Below the pieces are notes generated by a model, which was not told where the DNA came from, did no database searches, and saw nothing but the letters and a program-made list of their open reading frames with translations. DNA of 32,000 nt from Candidatus Saccharimonadota bacterium (lineage in GTDB: Bacteria; Patescibacteriota; Patescibacteriia; 2-12-FULL-60-25), in assembly GCA_016699205.1 (NCBI GenBank), contig CP064964.1:390001-422000 (forward strand), read 5' to 3'. Made by a program: the position numbers and the translations under genes. This document shows, piece after piece, positions 8,236-16,841 of the stretch (positions are counted from its first letter, which is position 1; every line of letters starts with the position of its first letter).

Positions 8236-9240
8236 TCAAAAGGTGTCACGCAAGCGCTTGCGGCTTCTTGAGAGGACGAGTTTCACGGCATTCTCCGATT
8301 TACCGACGCGTTCCGCGATCTCGGCGACAGGCCGGTCCTCAACATAAAACGCTCGCAGAATCTCCTGCTCCCCTGCCCCGAGGCCTGCGACGGCGCGCTC
8401 CAAAGCGTCGCGGTCTTCCATGCGGTCGATCCTGGATGCGGGGCGGAATTGCTCGGTGAATCGGCGCTCGGCCGCCTTGGATCGATAGCGATTCAAGAGC
8501 TCATGATGCGCGATGCGGAGGAGATAGGTTTTGTAGGAGGCGTTGCGAGGCTGGAATCGGGAGAGGCCATTCATCGCCTTGATAAAAACGTCTTGCGCGA
8601 GATCCTCGGCTTCCAACACGTCATCTATACGGCGACGCAAATAGCCCAAGATCGCAGGATGATAGCGTGAGAAAATTTCCGCGTACCGCCTGACATCGAG
8701 CTTAGCGGCGGCAATAGCCGCCTGATCGGTTTCTCGATCGAGGAAACGCTCGCGCGTAGGATGCAAGAAGGCGCGCTCGATGAATGCCGCCACTGATTCA
8801 TGGGGAGATGCCTCTTCTTTTGTACCGATCCAGTGGTCGATCCATGCGGCGAGCGCTCGCGGATCGCGGGAGAGACGCGGCCACTCGCGAGCAAAGGCGG
8901 CTTCAAAGGCGCCCCATGCTTCCGGAGCGGGCTGCATCGCAAAAAAATATTTTGCCGCCCCGCTTTCCATTACCGGAAACACCGTGAGTAATGATGGAAG
9001 CTCTTTTCCGCTTTTGGACCGATTGCCAAGACGCGAGGAGAAGGATTTTTTCTCAACGGCGATGGTCTTCCACATCGATTCATAGAACGAACGGTCCATG
9101 TTTCCGCCCCAGAGCGCCCCTGGTTTGGCGCCGACTGCCTCGGCTACGGAAAATCCCGACCAGTTCTCTACGGATCGGGATGCATGGACCACTTGGCCGA
9201 CAGGATCGGTCACGATCAAGACGCCGCGTTCCTCCATCAT
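8236..9240 (-). CDS. PAS-domain-containing sigma-70/ECF-type RNA polymerase sigma factor
   Basis: The N-terminal about 100 aa are PAS-like (VLIVTDPVGQVVHASRSVENWSGFSVAEAVGAKPGALWGG...). The C-terminal part has sigma region 2 (DLAQDVFIKAMNGLSRFQPRNASYKTYLLRIAHHELLNRYR) and a region 4 HTH (PVAEIAERVGKSENAVKLVLSRSRKRLR). Confidence 0.8.
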   Translation of the reverse strand: MMEERGVLIVTDPVGQVVHASRSVENWSGFSVAEAVGAKPGALWGGNMDRSFYESMWKTIAVEKKSFSSRLGNRSKSGKELPSLLTVFPVMESGAAKYFFAMQPAPEAWGAFEAAFAREWPRLSRDPRALAAWIDHWIGTKEEASPHESVAAFIERAFLHPTRERFLDRETDQAAIAAAKLDVRRYAEIFSRYHPAILGYLRRRIDDVLEAEDLAQDVFIKAMNGLSRFQPRNASYKTYLLRIAHHELLNRYRSKAAERRFTEQFRPASRIDRMEDRDALERAVAGLGAGEQEILRAFYVEDRPVAEIAERVGKSENAVKLVLSRSRKRLRDTF

Positions 9241-9279
9241 GGCGCTATCTAAGCACTTGGGAAGTGACTCGACAAACCG

Positions 9280-9819
9280 CTATTCATCCTCGTCATCCTC
9301 AAAGACTTCTCTGCCGATCACGTAAAGGAGCGGGATTGGGGCAATCAACCAAAAGGAGCGGCCGATCTCGCCGAGAAATGCCTGCTGGAAAAATGGCGAG
9401 AGATTTTGAGTCGCTTCTGGAGGCAAGAGAAAAAGCGCGATGGAAACGAGCAGGCCGACTTGGGTAATACTGAACAATGCCGTCTCCCACCAGACTCCCC
9501 GCTCTTGCGCGAGATTCTTGAGGAGATGGCTGCGCCAGAGCAATCCAAAAATCAGGAAAAATAATCCGAGAAACCAGACAAGTTGAAAGGCGGAACTTTT
9601 ACCGGCATTCAACGCTTGCGACAAGCGCGAGAGAATCGGTGCGTTGGTGACGACGGCAAGAGCGAGATAGGTCGAAAGGAGAACCGTAACAGCTCGATCG
9701 CGGCCGACGGCAAAGCCATAGCCGAGTCCGGCGAGAGCGAGCATGCAAAAAACAATGATGTCCCAGGTAAAAGACATCCCGCCGACAACAAACCCGGCCT
9801 CGGGAGGCATAAAGAGCAT
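9280..9819 (-). CDS. polytopic membrane protein, CvpA-like
   Basis: 179-aa ORF with 4-5 hydrophobic helices. The N-terminal pattern FTWDIIVFCMLALAGLGYGF resembles CvpA-family proteins, and the tail is acidic. Either ATG 9819 or ATG 9777 could be the start. Confidence 0.5.
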   Translation of the reverse strand: MLFMPPEAGFVVGGMSFTWDIIVFCMLALAGLGYGFAVGRDRAVTVLLSTYLALAVVTNAPILSRLSQALNAGKSSAFQLVWFLGLFFLIFGLLWRSHLLKNLAQERGVWWETALFSITQVGLLVSIALFLLPPEATQNLSPFFQQAFLGEIGRSFWLIAPIPLLYVIGREVFEDDEDE

Positions 9820-9872
9820 AATAACACGTGCTTTTGTATTTTCCTCAGACGTGGAATAATTGTGTAAATATT

Positions 9873-10919
9873 ATGACGAAGAAAGAACTAGTTGGAACAA
9901 GCTCCCCCGAACAAGCTGTCGCCAAGGCACCGACTAAACCGGTCACCGCGGATAGCGCCTTGCGCAAGTATCGATTAACCCAAGAACGTATTGATTTTCT
10001 CAATAGAGGCATCTCTTATTTAAAAAGTCCGCCTGGCGCATATTCGGACAAGGATGAGCACGAACTTAGTGAAGAGTATGGCCAGTATGAAGATGTAGAC
10101 GACATCAAAAAAGAACTTGCGGAAGTCCAACGAGAAGCCGCGTCCCAAAGGGAGGAGCTGTTGAAAGCCTCGAAAGAATACCTTGCCCAAAATAACAACG
10201 TAACAACAGAACGTTTTGCAACTGCTGAATCGAAATATAATGATCTAAAGAATAAAGCAAAGGAAGCACAATCTGAGCTTGAGACAAGCAGGAACCATGC
10301 CAAGGATTACCCTTCCTCAGTGGGTCTTGATTATATTTTCTCAGTAGGTATTAAAGACAAACAGCTGAGTCCAGAGCAAATTACCCAGTCCTTAGAACAA
10401 GCGGTCGAGAGCGCCGTGCGTACTATTGAGATGAGAAAAGGGGAACTCAAAAACGTGAATACTCTCTTTAAGGAGCTGAAAGAGCTTAAGGGAGGATTTC
10501 TTTCACGCATGATGAACCGGCAAAAAATTTCAGAGCTACAGAATGATCATGACACTATTGCCTACAGCTTTGGCAGCAAAGAAACAGATGAGGACTGTCT
10601 TGCTCGTTTGAGCGGGTGGGTAGAGAGTTCTAAGGCTGACCTTGTGATGGCACAGGAAAGGTTAGCCGAGCACAAAGAACGTATAGCAAATGGAAAATTT
10701 GCCGGCATAAACGAACAACACATCGCCCAACAGACCGCCTTAACAAAGCAAGTTGAAGAGCTTTCCGCGCAAGCCGCTGAATTCAAAAAAGAATTTGACC
10801 GACTAAAAGATTTCAAAAATCTTATAAAGAAGATTTCTACCGAATTAGACCTCCCGCTTACCGAGGATTTGGATGAACAAAAACGACTTCTTGAAGCAGA
10901 GGTATCGTCAGAACAATAA
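9873..10919 (+). CDS. hypothetical coiled-coil protein
   Basis: ATG at 9873 (MTKKELVG...); the track ORF starts upstream at 9828. Long heptad-like, E/K/Q-rich sequence, AT-rich codon usage, no TM segment. One of only two plus-strand genes in the window. Confidence 0.6.
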   Translation: MTKKELVGTSSPEQAVAKAPTKPVTADSALRKYRLTQERIDFLNRGISYLKSPPGAYSDKDEHELSEEYGQYEDVDDIKKELAEVQREAASQREELLKASKEYLAQNNNVTTERFATAESKYNDLKNKAKEAQSELETSRNHAKDYPSSVGLDYIFSVGIKDKQLSPEQITQSLEQAVESAVRTIEMRKGELKNVNTLFKELKELKGGFLSRMMNRQKISELQNDHDTIAYSFGSKETDEDCLARLSGWVESSKADLVMAQERLAEHKERIANGKFAGINEQHIAQQTALTKQVEELSAQAAEFKKEFDRLKDFKNLIKKISTELDLPLTEDLDEQKRLLEAEVSSEQ

Positions 10920-10924
10920 AGAAT

Positions 10925-10951
10925 AATAACACGGGCCTAGAGGCCCGTGTT
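10925..10951. terminator. copy 1 of a 27-nt repeat containing a 20-nt perfect palindrome (ACACGGGCCT/AGGCCCGTGT); bidirectional terminator
   Basis: The GC-rich stem is followed by TTTTATTT on the plus strand. It lies between convergent genes that end at 10919 and 10952. Exact 27/27 match to 11872-11898. Confidence 0.7.
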
Positions 10952-11842
10952 TTATTTACCTGTAAGCATGACCGTTTCAAACCATGCATCGGATGATTCT
11001 TTAAATGTTTTCTCATTAAGTTTCATCGAACCATCCGATTGCTTTTCCATATGTTGGGCAGGATTTGGGTGCTTAGGCATGGATCGGCCGGGTGCCATTG
11101 TCCATGCTGTTTTTTGTCCCGGACGTTTTTCGTCAGGACCAAACACCATGAAGAGCTTGGTCGTTGGCTGTTTGGGCGCATTTACGATCGGAAGCACAAC
11201 AACATCGCGTAATACTTGAAATTGGATTTTACTGTCTGGGTATGACGCTTTGAACGATTCCACAAATACTTTCTTCTCGTCTACCGATCCGGACATATTG
11301 AGTTGTGCGACCTCCGAACGCGCCGAGAGCGCGGCCTTGATATCCTCGTCTCCAATAAAACCTTGCTGCTTGAGTTCATCAAAGGAAGAAATACCTTCCT
11401 TACCCATGCCACGCTTCATATCCACGGAAAAGGCTGATGGACCGGGACCTTCTAGCATTTCCGGTTTAAGCTTATGTGAAACATCTTCCATCAGAGCATC
11501 TATGCTTTGGTAATCAAAATGGCTACCGGGTTCCATACCTTTGATGTGCAGGCTATCGATATGACCGGCTGCGGCTGCAGAAACGGTTGTATTTATTTTT
11601 CCGTCTGCAGATCGAAGCGTGAAAAACGGAGTGGCCGCATCCAGGCCTTCTTTTTTTGAACCATCTTGCAGGGTGACTGCGACCTCAACCGGTGGCTTCC
11701 AGGGCTTGGTGTCATCTACCTTTGTGACTTCGACTTTCTGGAAGCCGATGAATGCCGGATCTGACTCAAGACTGAACGCCTGTTTTTCCTGCTCGACCGT
11801 TGTGCCCACAGCTGGCTGTTTTGCCTGTTTTTCAATAGACAT
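10952..11842 (-). CDS. hypothetical protein (296 aa)
   Basis: The track ORF starts at TTG 11869; ATG 11842 (MSIEKQAKQ...) is preferred. No TM segment and no recognisable motif. It is bracketed by the two identical 27-nt palindromic repeats. Confidence 0.6.
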   Translation of the reverse strand: MSIEKQAKQPAVGTTVEQEKQAFSLESDPAFIGFQKVEVTKVDDTKPWKPPVEVAVTLQDGSKKEGLDAATPFFTLRSADGKINTTVSAAAAGHIDSLHIKGMEPGSHFDYQSIDALMEDVSHKLKPEMLEGPGPSAFSVDMKRGMGKEGISSFDELKQQGFIGDEDIKAALSARSEVAQLNMSGSVDEKKVFVESFKASYPDSKIQFQVLRDVVVLPIVNAPKQPTTKLFMVFGPDEKRPGQKTAWTMAPGRSMPKHPNPAQHMEKQSDGSMKLNEKTFKESSDAWFETVMLTGK

Positions 11843-11871
11843 AAATAGGTTTTTGAAAGCATAGCTCAAAA

Positions 11872-11898
11872 AATAACACGGGCCTAGAGGCCCGTGTT
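11872..11898. repeat. copy 2 of the 27-nt palindromic repeat, overlapping the dnaJ stop
   Basis: Identical to 10925-10951. The last dnaJ codons and stop (AAC ACG GGC CTC TAG = N T G L *) are encoded by the hairpin itself. Confidence 0.8.
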
Positions 11899-12981
11899 AC
11901 GTAGCTGCTCGAGCAGCTCTTTTTGTTCTTTGGATAGCTTGCGGGGAATGTCGGCGATGAGGCGGACGACGTGATTGCCGCGGGTGCCGGATCGGCTATA
12001 GGGAATGCCTTTGCCGCGGATGGTGACGAGCGTACCGTCTTGCGTACCTTCTGCGATGCGGACAGATTCATCGCCGTCGATGGTTGGGACGTGGATGGTG
12101 CCGCCGAGGGCCAGAATTGAGAACGGAATCGCCATCTCGGACACAATGTCGTTGCCGTCGCGCTCAAATGTCGGATGCTTTTCTACATGGATGCGGACAA
12201 AGAGATCTCCCGAACGGCCGCCGCCGGCAGGCGCCTCCCCTTCTCCAGAGACTTGGAGCATCGCTCCGTTGTCGACGCCGGCAGGAATGCGGATGGAAAG
12301 ATTTTGCTCTCGTCGATGGACGCCGTGACCGGCACAGACCGTACATTCTTTTTCCGGCTTCTTGCCGCGGCCGCGACAATCCTTACATTCCGCGAGCGTC
12401 TGCATCGTTCCAAACATCGTGCGCGTTGCTTGGCTGACTTGTCCTTTTCCTCCACAGGTTTTGCACTCGTTTACTTTGGTTCCGGGCTCTGCTCCTTCAC
12501 CTTTACAGCGCTCACAAGCAAGCTGACGATAGAGCTTGAGCGTTTTGTCGACGCCAAAGACGGAATCGCGAAAGGAAAGCTCGACATCGACTTCAATATT
12601 TTGTCCGCGCTTCTCGCGACGACCGCCGCGGCCTCCGCCAAAGCCGAACATTTCTCCGAGGACGTCGTTTAAATCGCCAAAGTCTTGGCCTTGGAAATTG
12701 AAATCGAATCCGCCGCCAGGGAAACCGCCAAAGCCTCCACCGAAACCGCCTTGGCCTGCGCCGCCGTTCTCGAATGCAGCCGAGCCGTATTGGTCGTAGG
12801 TCGCGCGCTTCTGTTTATCGCCCAAAATTTGGTACGCCTCGTTGATGTCTTTGAATTTAGAAGCATCACCGCCTTTGTCGGGGTGATGTTCATGCGCAAG
12901 ACGACGAAATGATTTCTTGATTTCGTCGTCGGATGCGCTCTTTGAGACGCCGAGAATGGCGTAATAATCTTTCCCGATCAT
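11884..12981 (-). CDS. dnaJ: molecular chaperone DnaJ
   Basis: J domain (DYYAILGV...HHPDK), a G/F-rich linker, and four CxxCxGxG zinc-finger repeats (CERCKGEG, CKTCGGKG, CKDCRGRG, CTVCAGHG). Confidence 0.95.
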   Translation of the reverse strand: MIGKDYYAILGVSKSASDDEIKKSFRRLAHEHHPDKGGDASKFKDINEAYQILGDKQKRATYDQYGSAAFENGGAGQGGFGGGFGGFPGGGFDFNFQGQDFGDLNDVLGEMFGFGGGRGGRREKRGQNIEVDVELSFRDSVFGVDKTLKLYRQLACERCKGEGAEPGTKVNECKTCGGKGQVSQATRTMFGTMQTLAECKDCRGRGKKPEKECTVCAGHGVHRREQNLSIRIPAGVDNGAMLQVSGEGEAPAGGGRSGDLFVRIHVEKHPTFERDGNDIVSEMAIPFSILALGGTIHVPTIDGDESVRIAEGTQDGTLVTIRGKGIPYSRSGTRGNHVVRLIADIPRKLSKEQKELLEQLRNTGL

Positions 12982-13227
12982 CTAAAACAATATAACTAGA
13001 ACCACGATGACAATTAAACCCACGATAAACGGTAGCCACCACACACCCTTTTCGAAACCTAATTGACCCACTACATCATCAAGTCCTTTATCCAACTCCT
13101 CATCACTCATCTCTTTTAGCATGCTCCAATCATCATCAATCGGGTTCTTCCAGCGTCGCTGGAGTTCATTCATCTTAAGAATGTAAAGTGCTTCTTTTTC
13201 AGGTCTAGTAAGATTCTTTGGTGTCAT
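12982..13227 (-). CDS. small membrane protein (C-terminal TM anchor)
   Basis: 81-aa ORF whose stop TAG directly abuts the dnaJ ATG. C-terminal helix WWLPFIVGLIVIVVLVILF. No family recognised. Confidence 0.5.
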   Translation of the reverse strand: MTPKNLTRPEKEALYILKMNELQRRWKNPIDDDWSMLKEMSDEELDKGLDDVVGQLGFEKGVWWLPFIVGLIVIVVLVILF

Positions 13228-13230
13228 ATT

Positions 13231-13446
13231 TTATTTCTTTGGTACCTCGTAGCGTAGCTTCTCGTATTCCGTAAGCGTCTTTTGAATTACCTCAGCTAAT
13301 TCCTTTGCCGTGAAGTGATTCAGGAAGATGCGGGAAACCAACTGTGCCTGCTGTTGATCTCCAACACGCGTATGCGCGAGGAAGTCGATAACAACGTCAC
13401 GCTCTTGGCTCGTAACGGCTACGATATTTGCGTAATGGCCCTTCAT
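13231..13446 (-). CDS. DUF3467-like small protein
   Basis: AGGAGG lies 4 nt upstream of ATG 13446 ([22 protein letters not shown]...[25 protein letters not shown]). The pattern resembles DUF3467 from my memory of that family; it has not been searched. Confidence 0.55.
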   Translation of the reverse strand: MKGHYANIVAVTSQERDVVIDFLAHTRVGDQQQAQLVSRIFLNHFTAKELAEVIQKTLTEYEKLRYEVPKK

Positions 13447-13636
13447 GTCCTCCTGGCATGGCATTCACCTTCAGGCGGGGTTGGGAGAGCCAAAGTTGAG
13501 CGAAACAAGAAACTTTGGGAGAGCATCCCACCACAGAAAGGCGAACCCCCGAAGAATCAGGTTGAACAAACACAACCACAAACACCCGAGACAAAACCCA
13601 TATTCTTCAAAGAATTCACCTGATTGGACAAGCCTC

Positions 13637-13972
13637 CTAGGTGTTTTTGGGCGAAAGGTAGGACACGCGTTCATAATGATCGGATTGGTATTTATTAGGT
13701 ATATTCGGTTTTGGCTCTTCTGGCTTTGGCTCTTCCGACGGTGCGGCTGTCGCTTCTGTCTCTGGACGCGTCTGATAAAGCGCGGCGCCGACTTTTTGTG
13801 CCTCGGTGGCGAGTTCGTCAGCGGCTTTCTTGATGGCTTCGATGTCTTCTCCGTCTTTGACGGCCTTGAGCGCTTCCATCTTGGCTTCGACAGCTGTCTT
13901 GTCTTCCGCCTTCACTTTCTCGGCGTTTTCTTTGAGCATCTTTTCCGTGGTGTAGAGCATGGTATCAGCCAT
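13637..13972 (-). CDS. dnaK: DnaK C-terminal lid segment, frame-shifted relative to the main ORF
   Basis: [19 protein letters not shown]... is the helical lid region that normally follows EIEIRN in DnaK. It can be joined to the 557-aa ORF only by adding 1 nt near 13974-13975. Confidence 0.8.
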   Translation of the reverse strand: MADTMLYTTEKMLKENAEKVKAEDKTAVEAKMEALKAVKDGEDIEAIKKAADELATEAQKVGAALYQTRPETEATAAPSEEPKPEEPKPNIPNKYQSDHYERVSYLSPKNT

Positions 13973-15585
13973 GTTCTTATCTCGATAGACTCGCGGCGCT
14001 TTTTATCGACCTCGGCGTTGGCCTCGGCGTCCTTTTTCATGCGCTCGATCTCTTCCTTGGAAAGATTGGTTGAGGCGGTGATGGTGATGGTCTGCTCTTT
14101 GCCGGAAGCTTTGTCTTTAGCCTTCACGTTCAGGATGCCGTTGGCGTCGATGTCGAAGGAGACCTCGATCTGAGGGACGCCGCGCGGGGCTGGAGGAATT
14201 CCGGAGAGGGTGAAGCGGCCAAGCGACTTGTTATCGGCAGCCATTTCACGCTCGCCTTGAAGCACATGCACTTCCACGGAAGGCTGGCTGTCGGCGGCGG
14301 TGGAGAAGGTTTGCGACTTGCTTGTCGGGATCGTGGTGTTGCGGTCGATGACCTTGGTCATGACACCGCCGAGCGTCTCGATACCGAAAGACAATGGCGT
14401 GACATCGAGGAGCAAAAGCTCGCCCTTGATATCGCCCTGTAAGTTACCAGCCTGAATCGCGGCGCCGATGGCGACCACTTCATCCGGATTTACGGAAGCA
14501 TTTGGCTTCTTGCCGAAGAACTTTTCAACAGTCGCGATGACGAGCGGCATGCGCGTCATGCCACCGACGAGAATCACTTCCTGAATATCGCTGGTCGAGA
14601 GCTTGGCGTCTGCCAAAGCCTTCTTACACGGCTCGAGAGATTTCTCGATGAGATCGCCAACAAGCTGTTCAAGCTTGGCGCGCGTGAGCTTCAAAAGAAG
14701 ATGCTTGGGACCGCTCGCATCGCTCGTGATGAATGGCTGGTTGATTTCCGTTTCCATCGCGGAAGACAACTCGATCTTGGCTTTTTCTGCTGCATCCTTG
14801 ATGCGCTGGAGGGCGAGATTATCCTTGGACAAGTCGACGCCTTCTGCCTTTTTAAATTCATCGACAATCCAGCTGATGATGCGCTGGTCAAAGTCGTCAC
14901 CGCCGAGGTGCGTGTCGCCGTTGGTGGCGCGAACCTCAATGGTGTTCTGCGAGGTTGTGGCGTCGTAAGCGACTTCAAGGACGGAGACGTCAAAGGTTCC
15001 GCCGCCCAAGTCGTAGACGACGATCTTTTCATCCTTCTTGTTGTCGAAACCGTAGGCCAAAGCGGCCGCGGTTGGCTCGTTGATCACGCGGCGGACATTG
15101 AGTCCTGCGATTTCACCGGCCGTCTTGGTGGCTTGGCGCTGGGCGTCGTCAAAATAGGCCGGAACCGTGATGACGGCTTCGGTAATCTTCTCGCCGATCT
15201 TTGCTTCAGCATCGGTTTTGATCTTTTGGAGAATCATCGCGGAGATTTCTTCCGGCGAGTATTCCTTGCCGCCCATGATTACTCGAATAGCATCGCCATT
15301 TGGGACGACTTTGTACGGGAGCCACTTAATATCGCGCTGAACTTCCGCGTCAGAAGCGCGGCGACCAATGAGACGCTTTACCGAGAACAAGGTGTTCTCT
15401 GGGTTTACAACGCCTTGGCGTTTGGCGATTTGGCCAGCGAGACGTTCGCCGGATTTGGTAACAGCAACAACGGAAGGCGTTGTGCGTGCACCTTCTGCGT
15501 TTTCCAACACTTTTGGCTGACCACCTTCTACGACGGCAAAGCAGGAGTTGGTGGTTCCAAGATCGATTCCAAGAATTTTAGGCAT
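13912..15585 (-). CDS. dnaK: molecular chaperone DnaK, N-terminal 540 aa in frame followed by an out-of-frame tail
   Basis: Hsp70 signatures are present ([27 protein letters not shown]). After ...[10 protein letters not shown] the frame drifts into nonsense ([12 protein letters not shown]...). Confidence 0.9.
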   Translation of the reverse strand: MPKILGIDLGTTNSCFAVVEGGQPKVLENAEGARTTPSVVAVTKSGERLAGQIAKRQGVVNPENTLFSVKRLIGRRASDAEVQRDIKWLPYKVVPNGDAIRVIMGGKEYSPEEISAMILQKIKTDAEAKIGEKITEAVITVPAYFDDAQRQATKTAGEIAGLNVRRVINEPTAAALAYGFDNKKDEKIVVYDLGGGTFDVSVLEVAYDATTSQNTIEVRATNGDTHLGGDDFDQRIISWIVDEFKKAEGVDLSKDNLALQRIKDAAEKAKIELSSAMETEINQPFITSDASGPKHLLLKLTRAKLEQLVGDLIEKSLEPCKKALADAKLSTSDIQEVILVGGMTRMPLVIATVEKFFGKKPNASVNPDEVVAIGAAIQAGNLQGDIKGELLLLDVTPLSFGIETLGGVMTKVIDRNTTIPTSKSQTFSTAADSQPSVEVHVLQGEREMAADNKSLGRFTLSGIPPAPRGVPQIEVSFDIDANGILNVKAKDKASGKEQTITITASTNLSKEEIERMKKDAEANAEVDKKRRESIEIRTWLIPCSTPRKRCSKKTPRK

Positions 15586-15596
15586 AAAATTTATTG

Positions 15597-16088
15597 TTAT
15601 GAGGTGATGATGACTCGGGCGGGGCGGAGAACTTTTCCATGAAGCGACCAGCCATCCTGTACAACGCGGACAATGGAACCAGGCTCTTTGCCTTCAACGG
15701 CTTCCGTGCCGGCGGCGTCGTGGAGCTGCGGGTCAAAGGCTCCATCGACAGAGATGCGGGAGAGGCCGGCGTTCTGTGCTGCTTGATCCCAAAGCGATTT
15801 CACCGCCTTGATTCCGACCAGCCAGTTGTCCCATTTCTTTTTGTCATCCGGCGACATGGTTGCCGTGTCTGGTATGAATGCGAGCGCGAGAGCAAATTGG
15901 TCGATCGCGGGTAAAAGATCGGAGAGCAGACGCTCGTTGGCAAATTTGGCAAACTCGGCTTTCTCGCGTTCCGATTCTTTCTTTAAATTTTGGTAGTCGG
16001 CTTGAGCGCGCTTCCAGCCGGCGAGATACTCATCAGCTTTCAGTTGCCAGTTTTCAGGTTTCAGCTCTTCATTGATTTGTTCTTCCAT
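15597..16088 (-). CDS. grpE: nucleotide exchange factor GrpE
   Basis: The sequence [45 protein letters not shown] is typical of GrpE. The gene sits between hrcA and dnaK. Confidence 0.9.
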   Translation of the reverse strand: MEEQINEELKPENWQLKADEYLAGWKRAQADYQNLKKESEREKAEFAKFANERLLSDLLPAIDQFALALAFIPDTATMSPDDKKKWDNWLVGIKAVKSLWDQAAQNAGLSRISVDGAFDPQLHDAAGTEAVEGKEPGSIVRVVQDGWSLHGKVLRPARVIITS

Positions 16089-16092
16089 AATT

Positions 16093-16767
16093 TTATGTGT
16101 TGAGTACTTCCAGAGCGGAGATAAGATGCGACATGGCTTGCTGATAGTCCATACGGACAGGTCCGAGAACGCCGATCATTGTGTTACCGGGTCCTTTCGC
16201 GACGATGGCTCCGCAGGCGGGGCCAAAGGGACAGTCCTCGCCGAGGAGAACGATGGGTTCGTCGAATGAGATGCGTTTTAATCCGGCGAGCGTGTCATCC
16301 AAGTGCTCAAGCAGCGCTGTCAGATGAATCGCGTTTTCCCAATTGCGGAATTCCGGTTGAGCGAGAAGCTGAGACAGTCCGGTGAAATAGGTATCGGTTC
16401 CATCCGCGGCGACGATCGAGGCGAGACCGGTGAGCGAGGCGAGCTCGCGGGCAATCGCCTTGATCTTGTGCTCCTCACCTTCTCGTAGCGCGGCTTCCAG
16501 ACGTTCTCTGGCGCGCTTAGGAGCGGGTTTAACCGACATCTCGTCGACCAACTGCTTGAACGCCGCTTCTGTTGGGATACGTCCGCCGGATGTGTGAGGC
16601 TGTTCCAGGAAGCCGAGCTTGTCGAGTTCTGCGAACCAGTTGCGGACGGTCGCAGGACTGACTTCCAGCGTGTAACGGTCGACAAGGTACTGCGAGCCGA
16701 CCGGCTCAGCCGAGGCCACATATTCCTGCAGAACGAGGCGTAAAAGTTGTTGGAGACGTGGGTCCAT
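16093..16767 (-). CDS. hrcA: heat-inducible transcription repressor HrcA (short form, 224 aa)
   Basis: N-terminal winged HTH (LLRLVLQEYVASAEPVGSQYLV...VSPATVRNWFAELDKLGFLEQPHTSGGRIPT). A CIRCE element lies immediately upstream. It is the first gene of the hrcA-grpE-dnaK operon. Confidence 0.85.
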   Translation of the reverse strand: MDPRLQQLLRLVLQEYVASAEPVGSQYLVDRYTLEVSPATVRNWFAELDKLGFLEQPHTSGGRIPTEAAFKQLVDEMSVKPAPKRARERLEAALREGEEHKIKAIARELASLTGLASIVAADGTDTYFTGLSQLLAQPEFRNWENAIHLTALLEHLDDTLAGLKRISFDEPIVLLGEDCPFGPACGAIVAKGPGNTMIGVLGPVRMDYQQAMSHLISALEVLNT

Positions 16768-16772
16768 GTAAT

Positions 16773-16799
16773 TTAGCAGTCAAACTGTCTAAGTGCTAA
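16773..16799 (-). promoter_or_regulatory. CIRCE operator (HrcA binding site)
   Basis: The minus strand reads TTAGCACTT-N9-GACTGCTAA, against the consensus TTAGCACTC-N9-GAGTGCTAA. It lies 5 nt upstream of the hrcA ATG. Confidence 0.85.
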
Positions 16800-16826
16800 T
16801 TTAAGACGCCCTCGACTTATCGTCAA
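16798..16826 (-). promoter_or_regulatory. putative hrcA promoter (TTGACG-17 nt-TAAATT)
   Basis: The -35 TTGACG (16821-16826) lies inside the hairpin downstream of the Nudix gene. The -10 TAAATT (16798-16803) overlaps the first bases of CIRCE. Confidence 0.5.
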
Positions 16827-16833
16827 GGGCGTC
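16805..16833 (-). terminator. hairpin after the Nudix gene
   Basis: GACGCCCTCGAC / GTCAAGGGCGTC forms a 12-bp stem with one mismatch and a 5-nt loop. The downstream U-tract is weak (TTAAATT). Confidence 0.45.
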
Positions 16834-16841
16834 CAGAATTG

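Noticed and set aside
13397-13594. 65-aa ORF in the dnaK-DUF3467 spacer.
   Set aside because: It overlaps the DUF3467-like gene start, has no SD, and its translation is low complexity. The region is better read as structured non-coding spacer.
1051-15642. Plus-strand ORFs antisense to housekeeping genes, for example 1051..1989, 6809..7261, 7562..8077 and 14701..15642. A further one at 27272..27793 lies outside the stated span.
   Set aside because: Each lies entirely inside a confidently identified minus-strand gene (ATPase, nrdD, dnaK, adaptor). Their translations have no recognisable features, so they are shadow ORFs.
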